In this document: piece after piece, positions 1 through 9,782 of the stretch
How positions within the stretch are numbered: position 1 is the first letter of the stretch
Layout: every line of letters begins with the position of its first letter
NCBI GenBank assembly: GCA_044359815.1
Contig: JBIKLL010000052.1
Coordinates: 1-19,360, forward strand
Source: Pseudobdellovibrionaceae bacterium
Lineage (GTDB): Bacteria; Bdellovibrionota; Bdellovibrionia; Bdellovibrionales; Bdellovibrionaceae
Length of the DNA: 19,360 bases
Reading direction: 5' to 3'
Made by a program: the position numbers and the translations under genes
The notes under the pieces: model-generated
Seen by the model: only the letters and a program-made list of their open reading frames with translations
Databases searched by the model: none
Told to the model about the DNA's origin: nothing

Positions 1-1
1 A

Positions 2-121
2 GTGTCTAAAAATAGTGAAAAAAATTATCTTTGCATTTACGCATCACGAGATATGCCATGCGCGCTCGCTGGATGTATTCACAAGGTATAAAATCAGAGA
101 AATATTTTTTTAAAATTTAAA
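2..121 (-). repeat. Intergenic modular repeat element, left copy (inverted homologue of 19128-19272); probably truncated by the window edge
   Basis: Hand alignments of reverse complements: 2-48 vs 19199-19246 about 42/48; 50-76 vs 19245-19271 at 24/27; 75-121 vs 19128-19172 about 39/47. Confidence 0.85.
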
Positions 122-161
122 TTTACCGCAAGCAAGTGGACCTGCTAGTGAAATTTAAATT

Positions 162-208
162 CCTAATCGAGATTAGGCTTCTGAATCAGCGCGAAGCTAT
201 TCAGAAGC
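162..208 (-). terminator. Two adjacent hairpins at the 3' end of the SPOR gene (possible terminator or 3' stabiliser)
   Basis: GCTTCTGAAT (177-186) pairs with ATTCAGAAGC (199-208) across the stop codon. CCTAATC-GA-GATTAGG at 162-177. No clean U-tract. Confidence 0.4.
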
Positions 209-1045
209 GATTTTTTGAATCAATGGTGTCGATACGTTAGTAAGTTTTGACACTTTTTCGACATCAGTCTTGGCTTCCTTGGATGATGAGTACAGACCGA
301 TATTCACTCGGTAAAAAGTTTTTCCTTTAACCTTGGCCGGTACGTAAAAAGCTTCTAGCTTTTTAGATTTCAATGAAGCCGCCAACTTTTGAGCTTCAGA
401 TTCATCTGGATAGGACGCAATTTGAATTGTGTATTTGCCAATCGCAGAAGCGGCTACTTCACGAGGTAATGATGCTGGAATCCTGCTGGGAGCTTCCTGG
501 GCCACGGCTTTTGAATGTTCAGAAGGGGCTTTGCCATCAGCTAATCTGGCTGCAGCTTTCATAGGTGCTGCATGATCTGCTTTGCCGGCAGCATGTGTGT
601 TTTCCGCTTTGGTAGTTCCATGACTATCAACTGCTGCAGAAGGCTTGGCATCGTGAGCGGGTTCTTTTTTGTGATCAGCCTTTTCGCTGTGAGCGGCTTT
701 TTCACCATGCTTTGCAATTTCAGCAGGAGCATGAGGTGCGGCTTCGGCGTCATCAGTTACAAATTCTTCAGCTAATTTTGCGATTTCTTCATCAGAAAGG
801 GCTTTGTTAGGGACTGCATCGTGAGAATCAGGATTAACAGAAGCGACTCCGCGTTCTTCAGTTGATTCACTATGGCCTTCAGCGTGTTCACTGGCCCCAG
901 GTTCCAACAGAGCAAGCTTATGCTGACTGTCGCTAAATTTTTTGCCTACAAAAGTGCCTATCGAGAAAGACAGCAGTGAAATAAAAAACACTAAGACTAA
1001 TTTCACAACCACATCAGTTTTCGAGCCGTAACGTTCAACGCCCAT
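197..1045 (-). CDS. SPOR-domain membrane-anchored cell division/peptidoglycan-binding protein (FtsN/DedD-like architecture)
   Basis: N-terminal TM helix (LVLVFFISLLSFSIGTFVG), long Ala/His/Lys low-complexity linker, C-terminal SPOR signature (YTIQIASY...A...L...FYRVNIGLY). ATG at 1045 is preceded by GGAGGGG, so it is preferred over the TTG at 1057. Confidence 0.85.
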   Translation of the reverse strand: MGVERYGSKTDVVVKLVLVFFISLLSFSIGTFVGKKFSDSQHKLALLEPGASEHAEGHSESTEERGVASVNPDSHDAVPNKALSDEEIAKLAEEFVTDDAEAAPHAPAEIAKHGEKAAHSEKADHKKEPAHDAKPSAAVDSHGTTKAENTHAAGKADHAAPMKAAARLADGKAPSEHSKAVAQEAPSRIPASLPREVAASAIGKYTIQIASYPDESEAQKLAASLKSKKLEAFYVPAKVKGKTFYRVNIGLYSSSKEAKTDVEKVSKLTNVSTPLIQKIASE

Positions 1046-1201
1046 AATCCCCTCCAAAATTTTTTTCGGTCGCTATCGAAAGAGCACAAACTTAAATTCA
1101 CAGAGGTTTAACTGATAAACCATTTCTGTTTTTTAACACAAGTACCTTTCTTTGCCCTTGAGTTTATGTTACCGTTCAGCTTTGGATTAGGTCAATGTGT
1201 C

Positions 1202-2026
1202 ATGAATGAAAAATATAACAAACACTGGTACACAGTACTGCACAAGGCGGTCAAGGCAGCTAGACTGGGCCGAGAAGTCCTGTTGAAACACTTTGGTAAT
1301 TTAAAAAATATCGAAGAAAAGTTTCAAGCAGGTCTGGTCAGCGAAGCGGATCGTGAAGCAGAGCAAGTCATAAAAAATTTTCTTACTGATCATTTTCCTC
1401 AGGACGATTTTCTAGGCGAGGAAAGCTATCAAGACTTTCAACTGGCAAACAATGTTAAAAACCGATGGATCGTTGATCCTTTGGATGGAACCACAAATTA
1501 CATTCACAGATTTCCCGTTTTTTGTGTCAGCATCGGATACCAGTTTGAAAATCAACTCCAGGTTGGAGTCATCGACATGCCTATGCTGAACGAAACCTAC
1601 ACAGCAATTAAGGGCCTGGGCAGTTATGTGAATGGCGAAAAAATGCAAATCAGCAAAACTGATAATTTAAAAGATTCGCTGTTGGCCACAGGATTTTTTG
1701 GCGAAAATGAATTACAGCTGCAAGAGCAAATGAGAATTTTCCCCGAGGTCGTCAGAGTTTCCAGGGGTGTGCGCCGAGCTGGGGCCGCAGCTTATGATTT
1801 GTCACAGGTTGCCCGAGGCGTTTTTGATGCTTTTTGGGAAAAGGGTTTGAAGCCTTGGGATGCGGCCGCAGGAATGTTGCTGGTTCAAGAAGCTGGTGGG
1901 AAGAATTGCACTTATTTGGGAAAACCTGATCCCTTATACAGAAATTCATTAATCAGTGGAAATCCTAAAATCGTAGATCATTTATTAAAATCATTTGATG
2001 GTAAATTAAATCCAGACACTGACTAA
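1202..2026 (+). CDS. suhB: Inositol monophosphatase family protein
   Basis: Motifs FLGEE, WIVDPLDGTTNY and PWDAAAGMLLVQEAGG. Start uncertain (ATG 1202 or 1166). Confidence 0.9.
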   Translation: MNEKYNKHWYTVLHKAVKAARLGREVLLKHFGNLKNIEEKFQAGLVSEADREAEQVIKNFLTDHFPQDDFLGEESYQDFQLANNVKNRWIVDPLDGTTNYIHRFPVFCVSIGYQFENQLQVGVIDMPMLNETYTAIKGLGSYVNGEKMQISKTDNLKDSLLATGFFGENELQLQEQMRIFPEVVRVSRGVRRAGAAAYDLSQVARGVFDAFWEKGLKPWDAAAGMLLVQEAGGKNCTYLGKPDPLYRNSLISGNPKIVDHLLKSFDGKLNPDTD

Positions 2027-2153
2027 GGTCGCAATAAAAACTTTGACTGGTCCAGTGGGTATTTCGAGTCGAGTTTTGATCCCAGAAAATCTCTAACATT
2101 AAAATTTTGAATCTGGCATTTGGATTTTTGACGATTCCAAACCTTGGTCATGT

Positions 2154-2169
2154 TGGCACTGGCGTTGCT
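2154..2169 (+). promoter_or_regulatory. Sigma54 (-24/-12) promoter of the fliL operon
   Basis: TGGCAC-TGGCG-TTGCT matches TGGCAC-N5-TTGCW exactly, about 45 nt upstream of the GTG. RBS AAGGAGGA at 2201-2208. Confidence 0.85.
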
Positions 2170-2212
2170 TTAAGACTTGAATGAGCTCTTGTGAGCATTC
2201 AAGGAGGATATT

Positions 2213-2764
2213 GTGGCTGATGATAAAGCAGCAGCAAAAGATGCCGCAGCCGCGGCGGCAGCACCTGCACCAGCATCTGGTGGGGGTAAGTCGCCCATTC
2301 TGTTAATGGCTCTTTCTGTTATTAACATGCTAGTGGTGGCTGGAGTGGGATTTATGCTCTGGCAGGGTAAAAAGAAAGAAGCCGCAGAACCTAAGGTTGA
2401 TCATGTCATCCAAGGTGAGCACGAAACTCAATCTGCCGAAGCTAATACAGAAAAAGCGTTTATTGGTAAAGTCGTCCCCTTGGAAACCTTTATCGTAAAT
2501 TTATCTGGTTCCAAGGGACGTCGGATCGCAAAAGTAAATATGGAACTGGAACTTGAGGGTGAGCAAATCCAAGAAGAAATCGAAAAACGTAAAGCTCAGA
2601 TCCGTGACATCATCATTATTATTCTGTCCAGCAAAACCTACGATGATGTTTCTGCTCGGGAAGGTAAGGACGGTTTGCGTACTGAAGTCAAAGACACAGT
2701 TAATGCGTTTTTGACCAAAGGAAAAATCACTAATGTTTATTTTACGGAATTTATTTACCACTAA
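2213..2764 (+). CDS. fliL: Flagellar basal body-associated protein FliL
   Basis: Single N-terminal TM, PLETFIVNL, QIRDIII, C-terminal VYFTEFI; first gene of the fli operon. Confidence 0.95.
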   Translation: MADDKAAAKDAAAAAAAPAPASGGGKSPILLMALSVINMLVVAGVGFMLWQGKKKEAAEPKVDHVIQGEHETQSAEANTEKAFIGKVVPLETFIVNLSGSKGRRIAKVNMELELEGEQIQEEIEKRKAQIRDIIIIILSSKTYDDVSAREGKDGLRTEVKDTVNAFLTKGKITNVYFTEFIYH

Positions 2765-2776
2765 AGGGATGGATGT

Positions 2777-3814
2777 ATGAACCAAGTACTCTCGCAAAGT
2801 GAAGTAGACGCCCTGTTAGCCGCGGTTTCCGACGGAGATGCCGGAGATACCGGCGGTGGTAATACGGGAAGCGTTTCCGCCAGTGGTGGTGGCGGCGGTG
2901 GCAATGGCAAAATCAAAGAAGAGAAAAACGTAGTCACTTATGATTTAACCAGCCAAGACCGTATTATCCGTGGTCGATTGCCACAGCTTGAAGTTATCTA
3001 CGAAAAATTTATGAGATCCTTCAGGGTTTCTTTGTCTTCATCCCTGCGAAAAATTGCTTCCTTAACATTGGCCAGTACGGACTTTTTAAAATTTGGTGAA
3101 TTCATTAACACTTTGCCAATGCCAACGTGCATGACGGTCTTAAGATTTGCGAATCTGCGGGGATCGGCGCTGTTCGTGATCGAATCAAAACTGGCCTACG
3201 CTTTGGTAGACAGTTTCTTTGGTGGAGCTGATCGACCTTATACAAAAATTGAAGGTAAGGATTTTACACAAATTGAGTTAGCCATTGTAAAAAAGGTTGT
3301 GGATTTAGGGATCGAAGACATGGAAAACGCTTGGAGCAGCGTCGAAAAGATCGGATGCTCCTTTGTAAGGACTGAGGTTAATCCTCAGTTTGTTGGTATT
3401 GTTCCACCGACAGATGTGGTGATTGCGTCGACCTTTGACGTCGAGCTTGAAAACGCCAATGGAACCATCACTATCGTGATTCCGTATTCAACTATCGAGC
3501 CCATTAAACAAAAATTATCTACAGGATTTCAGGTTGAATCTGATCAGACTGATAAAAAACTGTGGACTAGTATTATCAAAGAACAATTGCAGGAAACAGA
3601 CATGAACCTAAAGGTTGATTTAGGTGAAACAGAAATAAATTTACGGGAACTGATGCAGCTAAAAATTGGCGACGTGATCCCGTTGAATCAAGATTCAGAT
3701 GGTGAGTTTGATATTAAAATAGAAGGCGTACCGAAATTTAAAGGTTTTTACGGAATACACCACGGAACAGTTGCTGTCCAAGTGACCAGACCGATTGTAA
3801 AAGGGGAGGGATAA
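2777..3814 (+). CDS. fliM: Flagellar motor switch protein FliM
   Basis: N-terminal LSQSEVDALL CheY-P-binding motif, EVNPQF, C-terminal SpoA domain. Confidence 0.97.
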   Translation: MNQVLSQSEVDALLAAVSDGDAGDTGGGNTGSVSASGGGGGGNGKIKEEKNVVTYDLTSQDRIIRGRLPQLEVIYEKFMRSFRVSLSSSLRKIASLTLASTDFLKFGEFINTLPMPTCMTVLRFANLRGSALFVIESKLAYALVDSFFGGADRPYTKIEGKDFTQIELAIVKKVVDLGIEDMENAWSSVEKIGCSFVRTEVNPQFVGIVPPTDVVIASTFDVELENANGTITIVIPYSTIEPIKQKLSTGFQVESDQTDKKLWTSIIKEQLQETDMNLKVDLGETEINLRELMQLKIGDVIPLNQDSDGEFDIKIEGVPKFKGFYGIHHGTVAVQVTRPIVKGEG

Positions 3815-3815
3815 C

Positions 3816-4208
3816 ATGTCAGACAGTTTAGAAAATTTAGCGGATCAGTTGGCGGCCGATGAGGCAACTAAAGATGCAGCAGGAAAGCCACCAGAAAGCG
3901 GCGGTCCTGGCAATAGCGGAGCCAATGATGATTTTGACGAAAACAAAGATAAAAATCTGAAAATGATTTTAGACATTCCATTGCGAGTAACGGTCGAACT
4001 GGGTCGTACCAAAATGGTGGTCAACGAATTGCTGAATCTGGGTCAAGGATCAGTCATCGAGCTAGCAAAGCTTGCGGGTGAACCCATGGAAGTGTTTGTT
4101 AACGACAAATTGATTGCCAGAGGCGAAGCCGTGGTTGTGAACGAAAAATTTGGTGTGCGATTAACGGACATTATTTCGACCAAAGAACGTGTGGAGCAAT
4201 TAGGATAA
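3816..4208 (+). CDS. fliN: Flagellar motor switch protein FliN
   Basis: ILDIPLRVTVELGRT...LAGEP...ARGEAVVVNEKFGVR SpoA domain. Confidence 0.97.
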   Translation: MSDSLENLADQLAADEATKDAAGKPPESGGPGNSGANDDFDENKDKNLKMILDIPLRVTVELGRTKMVVNELLNLGQGSVIELAKLAGEPMEVFVNDKLIARGEAVVVNEKFGVRLTDIISTKERVEQLG

Positions 4209-4801
4209 TGAAAACACTAACGGGGATAATTTTATCGATGATGTTCGCATTTCAAGTTCAGGCAGCTGATTCCAATGAATTATTGGAGCTGCCTCCTCCC
4301 AAATTTTCGGACAAGAAATTCGAGCTGAAATCTGAAAAAGAAATCCCCGTAAGCTTGCCATCAGAAGCTAAGGCAACAACTGCCAGTCGGGATTTGGCAA
4401 AATATTTTTACGCATTCGCGGCGATGGCATTGTTGGGTGTTGGCACTGTTTTTGGAGTCAGAAAATATTTTTCTAAGGTGATTTCAAAAGCCGAAAACAC
4501 TCAGATAAAAATAGTCACTCAACATTATTTAGGGCCCAAGAAAAAGCTGGCCATAGTCCGCGTTGCAGGTGAATCGATACTGATTGGGGTCACAGAACAA
4601 AATATTAATATGATTAAATCATTAAGCTTGCTGGACGAAGACATTCCTGACGTCACAGCAAAAGATTTTAAAAACGAGTTAAAATCTAAGGAGTCGGGAC
4701 TATCTGAAAATAAATTTGAAGAACAATACGATGAGTTTTCAATGTCAGGTGTTCAGGATTTTGTGAGCAAAAGACTTAAAAATATGAGGACCCTTGAATG
4801 A
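4208..4801 (+). CDS. fliO: Flagellar biosynthesis protein FliO
   Basis: TM helix followed by [31 protein letters not shown]. Lies between fliN and fliP with overlapping stop/start. N-terminus resembles a signal peptide. Confidence 0.9.
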   Translation: MKTLTGIILSMMFAFQVQAADSNELLELPPPKFSDKKFELKSEKEIPVSLPSEAKATTASRDLAKYFYAFAAMALLGVGTVFGVRKYFSKVISKAENTQIKIVTQHYLGPKKKLAIVRVAGESILIGVTEQNINMIKSLSLLDEDIPDVTAKDFKNELKSKESGLSENKFEEQYDEFSMSGVQDFVSKRLKNMRTLE

Positions 4802-5547
4802 ATAAGTTTTTAGTGATGCTTTCAGCTTTTGGGATGCTTTTATTGGGGCAATCAGCATTGGCTCAAGTGACTTTGCCCACTGTAAATTTGGGTTTTAAAA
4901 CTGTTGAAAGCCCTGCTGAAGTGGTGAATGTGATCAAGGTTGTATTGATGCTTACAGTGTTGACCTTGGCGCCTGCAATTATGATTTTAATGACTTGTTT
5001 TACCAGAATTGTGATTGTGTTGTCGTTTTTAAGACAAGCTTTGGGTGTTCAACAAATGCCGCCCAACCAAGTGTTGATTGGTCTGGCATTATTTTTAACA
5101 TTTTTTGTGATGGGCCCTTCGTTCACCGAAATGAATGAAAAAGGCATACAGCCCTATCTGAATGGCAGTATTAAACAAGAGCAAGCTTTTGCAGAAACAC
5201 TGGCGCCACTGAGAAAATTTATGCTGTCGCAGACTAGGCCTCAGGATTTGTCATTGTTTATGCGATTGTCAAAATCCCCTCAGGCAAAAACTTTAGCAGA
5301 TGTTCCAACAATAGCATTGGTGCCAGCGTTTATCGTGTCTGAGTTAAAAACTGCTTTTCAAATTGGATTTATAATATTTTTACCTTTTTTAATTATCGAC
5401 ATGGTTGCAGCCAGTGTTTTGATGGCCATGGGTATGATGATGTTACCGCCGGTTGTGATTTCGTTACCTTTTAAAGTGATGCTGTTTGTTTTGGTTGATG
5501 GATGGTCATTGATCATTGGATCGATGGTTAAGAGTTTTGGGTTGTAG
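4798..5547 (+). CDS. fliP: Flagellar export gate protein FliP
   Basis: [26 protein letters not shown] and [10 protein letters not shown]...LPFK...DGW. Confidence 0.98.
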   Translation: MNKFLVMLSAFGMLLLGQSALAQVTLPTVNLGFKTVESPAEVVNVIKVVLMLTVLTLAPAIMILMTCFTRIVIVLSFLRQALGVQQMPPNQVLIGLALFLTFFVMGPSFTEMNEKGIQPYLNGSIKQEQAFAETLAPLRKFMLSQTRPQDLSLFMRLSKSPQAKTLADVPTIALVPAFIVSELKTAFQIGFIIFLPFLIIDMVAASVLMAMGMMMLPPVVISLPFKVMLFVLVDGWSLIIGSMVKSFGL

Positions 5548-5556
5548 GAAAAATTT

Positions 5557-5829
5557 ATGACTGAAGAGTTAATTATAAAATTGGGACAGGATGCTTTAAA
5601 AACCACAGCACTCATTGCCGGTCCTATGTTGTTGGCTACCTTGGTTATCGGTTTAATGGTTTCAGTTTTTCAAGCATTGACTCAGATCAATGAAGCCACG
5701 CTGACATTTATCCCCAAGATGATTGTTGTGTCGTTGATTATTGTATTGGCGGGACCTTGGATGTTGGATGTTTTGAGCTCTTACACGATTAATTTGTTTG
5801 AGAGCGTAGCTACTTTTGTGAGGGAATAG
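5557..5829 (+). CDS. fliQ: Flagellar export gate protein FliQ
   Basis: FQALTQINEATLTFIPK and GPWML; 90 aa. Confidence 0.98.
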   Translation: MTEELIIKLGQDALKTTALIAGPMLLATLVIGLMVSVFQALTQINEATLTFIPKMIVVSLIIVLAGPWMLDVLSSYTINLFESVATFVRE

Positions 5830-5830
5830 C

Positions 5831-6610
5831 ATGATCAATATTTATGAATTTCCAGAAGGGCAGATCATCGCATTTGCACTGGTATTCTTAAGAATATTGG
5901 CATTTATTTTTACTTGGCCAGTTTTTGGTGTCGAAAGCGTTCCTGGATCAGTGAAGATTTTATTATCATTATTGTTGGCATTTATTTTGTTTCCTGTGAT
6001 CAAGTTTCAAAATGCAGAAATGTTGAAAATTTCTGCCGATGTGATTTTGTTGGCAGCGCGTGAAGTGTGTTTGGGTTTGTTTTTAGGATTTTTGGTTAGG
6101 ATGTATTTTTTCTCGATCAGTGTGGCGGGTGAAATCGTTGCAGTTTCAATGGGCCTGTCCAGTGCCCAGTTGTTTAACCCAGGTGCGGGTTCATATGGTA
6201 ACATCATGGAGCATTTTCATTTATCCATAGCGACACTGATATTTTTAGGTTTGAACGGCCATCATATGTTTCTGACGGGATTGGCTGAAAGTTTCAACAT
6301 TATCAAAGTTTCCAGTCTGGGCTTTCATCATGAGGGATTCATTGGAATCACTGACATGATTAAAGACGTTTTTATTATGGGACTTAAAATATCCGCGCCC
6401 GTGTTGGTCGCTATATTTTTAACAAACATTGCCATGGCTATACTGGGTCGAGCTGTGCCGCAAATAAATATTTTAATCACGTCAATGTCAGTGACTATTT
6501 TGGTTGGATTTGCAGTTATGTTTTTGGCTTTACCGCTGTTTACAGAAGAAATGCATCAATTGTTGGATTTAATGACGGGTTCATTTTTTAAAATGATGAG
6601 GGTTATCTAG
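5831..6610 (+). CDS. fliR: Flagellar export gate protein FliR
   Basis: Polytopic membrane protein with LNGHH and RAVPQINI; operon position. Confidence 0.96.
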   Translation: MINIYEFPEGQIIAFALVFLRILAFIFTWPVFGVESVPGSVKILLSLLLAFILFPVIKFQNAEMLKISADVILLAAREVCLGLFLGFLVRMYFFSISVAGEIVAVSMGLSSAQLFNPGAGSYGNIMEHFHLSIATLIFLGLNGHHMFLTGLAESFNIIKVSSLGFHHEGFIGITDMIKDVFIMGLKISAPVLVAIFLTNIAMAILGRAVPQINILITSMSVTILVGFAVMFLALPLFTEEMHQLLDLMTGSFFKMMRVI

Positions 6611-7683
6611 TGGCTCAAGAAAATGACCAGGAAAAGACAGAAGAAGCCACCGATACCCGACGCGAGGAATTTCGTAAGAAAGGCCAGGTCGCACAATCCC
6701 GTGAGCTTGCCAGCGCGATTTTTGTTTTGGCAGCTGCCATGGGTGTTTTTGTTTTAGGAAAGTTCTTTTTTGCACAACTGTATGAACTTTTTCAGTTCAC
6801 TATGGGTCCGGATTTAATTGCAGCAATTCGGAGCGATGACATGTTGCCAGCATTGGCATTAGCTGGACAAAAATTTGTCATGTTGGTTGGTCCTGCTATT
6901 GGCGTATCACTGTTGATCGGGTTGTCTTCGACAATTGTTCAAGTTGGATTTTTGCAGGTGGAAGATGCCATCACACCTGATATCAACAAGATAAATTTCA
7001 TCGAAGGATTCAAACGAATATTTTCACTGCGTTCCGTGGCCGAGGCTACAAAGGCTGTGTTGAAAGTGATATTTATCAGTCTCGTCGTTTATCTGATCAT
7101 GAAAAGCCAGATTGGTCTTATCCCAAATATGATTCAAAAATCAGTGCCCGAGATAGTTAATTACATGGGTACAGTTTCTGTGAAAATGTTGTTTGGTGTG
7201 GGCTTAGCTATGTTGCTGTTAACAGTCGGTGATTATTTTTTTCAGCGATGGGATCTGGAAAAAAAGATGATGATGACTAAACAAGAGATCAAAGAAGAAC
7301 ATAAAAACCGAGAAGGGGATCCTTTAATCAAGGCCCGTGTCCGTCGTATACAGCGCGAGATGAGTAATCGTCGAATGATGGAAAAGGTTGAAACCGCCGA
7401 TGTGATCATCACTAACCCTACTCACATTGCTGTAGCGTTAAAATATTCAGACAATTTGCCAGCACCTCAGTTGGTGGCAAAAGGTGCCGATTTGATCGCT
7501 GAAAAAATCAGAAACATCGCCAGACAGCATAATATCCCGATTGTGGAAAACATTCCTCTGGCCAGAACAATTTATAAAACTATGAAACTTGGTCAAGTGA
7601 TTCCCAGGGAGTTATTTGTCGCGGTTGCTGAGGTCCTGTCCTACGTTTTTAAACTGAAAAAGAAAAGGGCTAAGAGAGGCTAA
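6610..7683 (+). CDS. flhB: Flagellar export substrate-specificity protein FlhB
   Basis: EKTEEAT, EGDPLIKAR and the NPTH autocleavage site. GTG start overlaps the fliR stop. Confidence 0.98.
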   Translation: MAQENDQEKTEEATDTRREEFRKKGQVAQSRELASAIFVLAAAMGVFVLGKFFFAQLYELFQFTMGPDLIAAIRSDDMLPALALAGQKFVMLVGPAIGVSLLIGLSSTIVQVGFLQVEDAITPDINKINFIEGFKRIFSLRSVAEATKAVLKVIFISLVVYLIMKSQIGLIPNMIQKSVPEIVNYMGTVSVKMLFGVGLAMLLLTVGDYFFQRWDLEKKMMMTKQEIKEEHKNREGDPLIKARVRRIQREMSNRRMMEKVETADVIITNPTHIAVALKYSDNLPAPQLVAKGADLIAEKIRNIARQHNIPIVENIPLARTIYKTMKLGQVIPRELFVAVAEVLSYVFKLKKKRAKRG

Positions 7684-9782
7684 TGGAACAGATTTTTATC
7701 TTTGCAAAAAGATTTGAAAAGTACGCAAAAAACACAGATCTGATGATCGCATTTTGTATGCTGTCAATAATGGCCGTGATGATGATCCCACTCAGTGCTT
7801 GGGTGCTGGATATCGCTCTGACCTTGTCATTAGCCAGCAGTATTCTGATTTTGTTAGTTTCATTGTATGTTACTAAAGCTCTAGAGTTTAGCGTATTTCC
7901 ATCATTGCTTTTGATCACCACGCTTTACCGCTTGTCACTGAACGTTGCTACGACCCGAATAATTTTGACCCATGGACACGAAGGCCCCACAGCTGCAGGT
8001 CATGTGATTTCAGCGTTTGGAAATTTCGTTGTTGGTAATAACTATGTCATCGGGGCCATCGTATTTATCATCTTGGTGATTATTAACTTTGTGGTCATCA
8101 CCAAAGGTTCGGGCAGGGTTGCAGAGGTCGCAGCCAGATTCACCTTGGATGCTATGCCTGGTAAACAAATGTCGATTGATGCTGATCTGAACGCAGGTTT
8201 GATCAATGAACAGGAAGCCAGACGGCGTCGTCGTGAAATCGAAGCTGAAGCTGATTTTTATGGATCTATGGATGGTGCCAGCAAGTTTGTGCGTGGAGAT
8301 GCCATTGCAGGTATTATCATTACTATCGTCAATGTCGTAGGTGGTTTATTGATTGGAGTCTTGCAAAAAGATTTAGATTTTGCGACGGCGGCTAGATATT
8401 ATTCGATGTTAACGATAGGTGATGGTTTGCTGGCACAGATTCCAGCTCTGATTATTTCAACCGCTGCGGGTATAGTCGTTACCAGAAGCTCCCGATCAGA
8501 AACCAATATGGGTAACGAAATGATGTCGCAGTTATTTGTTAACCCCAGGACAATTACGATTGCAGCTGGGGTTATTGGTTTACTGGCTTTAGTTCCTGGT
8601 TTACCAACGGTGCCTTTTATGGTGGTCGCTTTATTAATGGGTGGAGCGTCTTGGCTGATTGGCAAATTTCAAGAGGAAAAAATCGAGCTTGATAAAAAGA
8701 AAGCTGCTGACATGGCGGCTGCCCCTAAAAAAGAAAACGTTGAATCACTGCTGCCATTGGATCTGATCGAGCTTGAAGTAGGATATGGTTTGATCAACAT
8801 AGTTGAATCTGATGAAAGCGGCGATTTGTTAGAGCGTATAAAAAGCATTCGCAAGCAGTTTGCTCTGGATCTGGGGATTGTGGTTCCAAGCATTCACATT
8901 CGTGATAATTTACAGTTAGGCAGTGGTGAGTACCGAGTTTTGATCAAAGGCAATCGTGTCGGTGGTGGTGCATTAAAACCTGAATGTTTACTGGCGATGG
9001 ATCCTGGCAATGTTTCAGATCCTATTGAAGGAACACCTACCAAAGAACCGGCCTTTGGATTGGATGCAATTTGGGTCAATCCCACGTTGCGTGAACAGGC
9101 TGAAATGGCTGGATACACAGTGGTGGATTTACCGACAGTGATAGCGACCCATTTAACTGAAATTGTCAGGGGGCATGCGGCCGAATTATTGGGACGCCAA
9201 GAAGCCAGCCAATTAATTGAGAATTTCAAAAAGAATTATCCAAAAGTCATCGAAGAACTGATGCCAGATCCATTGCATTTAGGTCAGGTTGTCAGAGTGT
9301 TGCAGAATTTATTAAAGGAAGGCATTTCAATCAGAGATTTGCGAACTATATTTGAAACCCTAAGCGATGAAGCTCAGCGGTCCAAAGATATCGAGGTTCT
9401 GACAGAATCAGTCCGTAAAAATTTAGCCAGATACATCACAGCAAAATTTATTAACGAGTCTGGCAAAATTCCTGTTCTGACCATGCATCCAAAGCTCGAG
9501 GAGCTGATTGCCAATTCTTTGATTCAAACAGAGCAGGGAATACAAATGGTTATGGATCCTCATATTGCTCAGCAGATTATCACAGACATTGCAAAAACTG
9601 TTGAGGCCCATCCTGAAATCGCCGGACAGCCTCTGTTGATGACCAGTCCGACATCAAGGCGTCATCTGTATAAACTGGTTTCACGATTTATTCCTCAATT
9701 AAATGTGATTTCTCATAGCGAAGTCACTCCGGATGCAAATATCAAATCCGTAGCTACAGTGGAGTTAAAGTATGCAGGTTAA
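7683..9782 (+). CDS. flhA: Flagellar export apparatus protein FlhA
   Basis: FHIPEP motif RVAEVAARFTLDAMPGKQMSIDADLNAG and FYGSMDGASKFVRGDA; 699 aa. Confidence 0.98.
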   Translation: MEQIFIFAKRFEKYAKNTDLMIAFCMLSIMAVMMIPLSAWVLDIALTLSLASSILILLVSLYVTKALEFSVFPSLLLITTLYRLSLNVATTRIILTHGHEGPTAAGHVISAFGNFVVGNNYVIGAIVFIILVIINFVVITKGSGRVAEVAARFTLDAMPGKQMSIDADLNAGLINEQEARRRRREIEAEADFYGSMDGASKFVRGDAIAGIIITIVNVVGGLLIGVLQKDLDFATAARYYSMLTIGDGLLAQIPALIISTAAGIVVTRSSRSETNMGNEMMSQLFVNPRTITIAAGVIGLLALVPGLPTVPFMVVALLMGGASWLIGKFQEEKIELDKKKAADMAAAPKKENVESLLPLDLIELEVGYGLINIVESDESGDLLERIKSIRKQFALDLGIVVPSIHIRDNLQLGSGEYRVLIKGNRVGGGALKPECLLAMDPGNVSDPIEGTPTKEPAFGLDAIWVNPTLREQAEMAGYTVVDLPTVIATHLTEIVRGHAAELLGRQEASQLIENFKKNYPKVIEELMPDPLHLGQVVRVLQNLLKEGISIRDLRTIFETLSDEAQRSKDIEVLTESVRKNLARYITAKFINESGKIPVLTMHPKLEELIANSLIQTEQGIQMVMDPHIAQQIITDIAKTVEAHPEIAGQPLLMTSPTSRRHLYKLVSRFIPQLNVISHSEVTPDANIKSVATVELKYAG

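Noticed and set aside
770..805. LSDEEIAKL in the SPOR protein resembling the FliM CheY-binding motif LSQxEIDAL
   Set aside because: Short amphipathic-helix similarity only, and the segment lies after the TM helix on the predicted periplasmic side.
1060..1100. Sigma28-like boxes upstream of the SPOR gene (TTAAGTTT, TTCGATAG, ACCGAAAA on the minus strand)
   Set aside because: No pairing gives both good boxes and 15-16 nt spacing.
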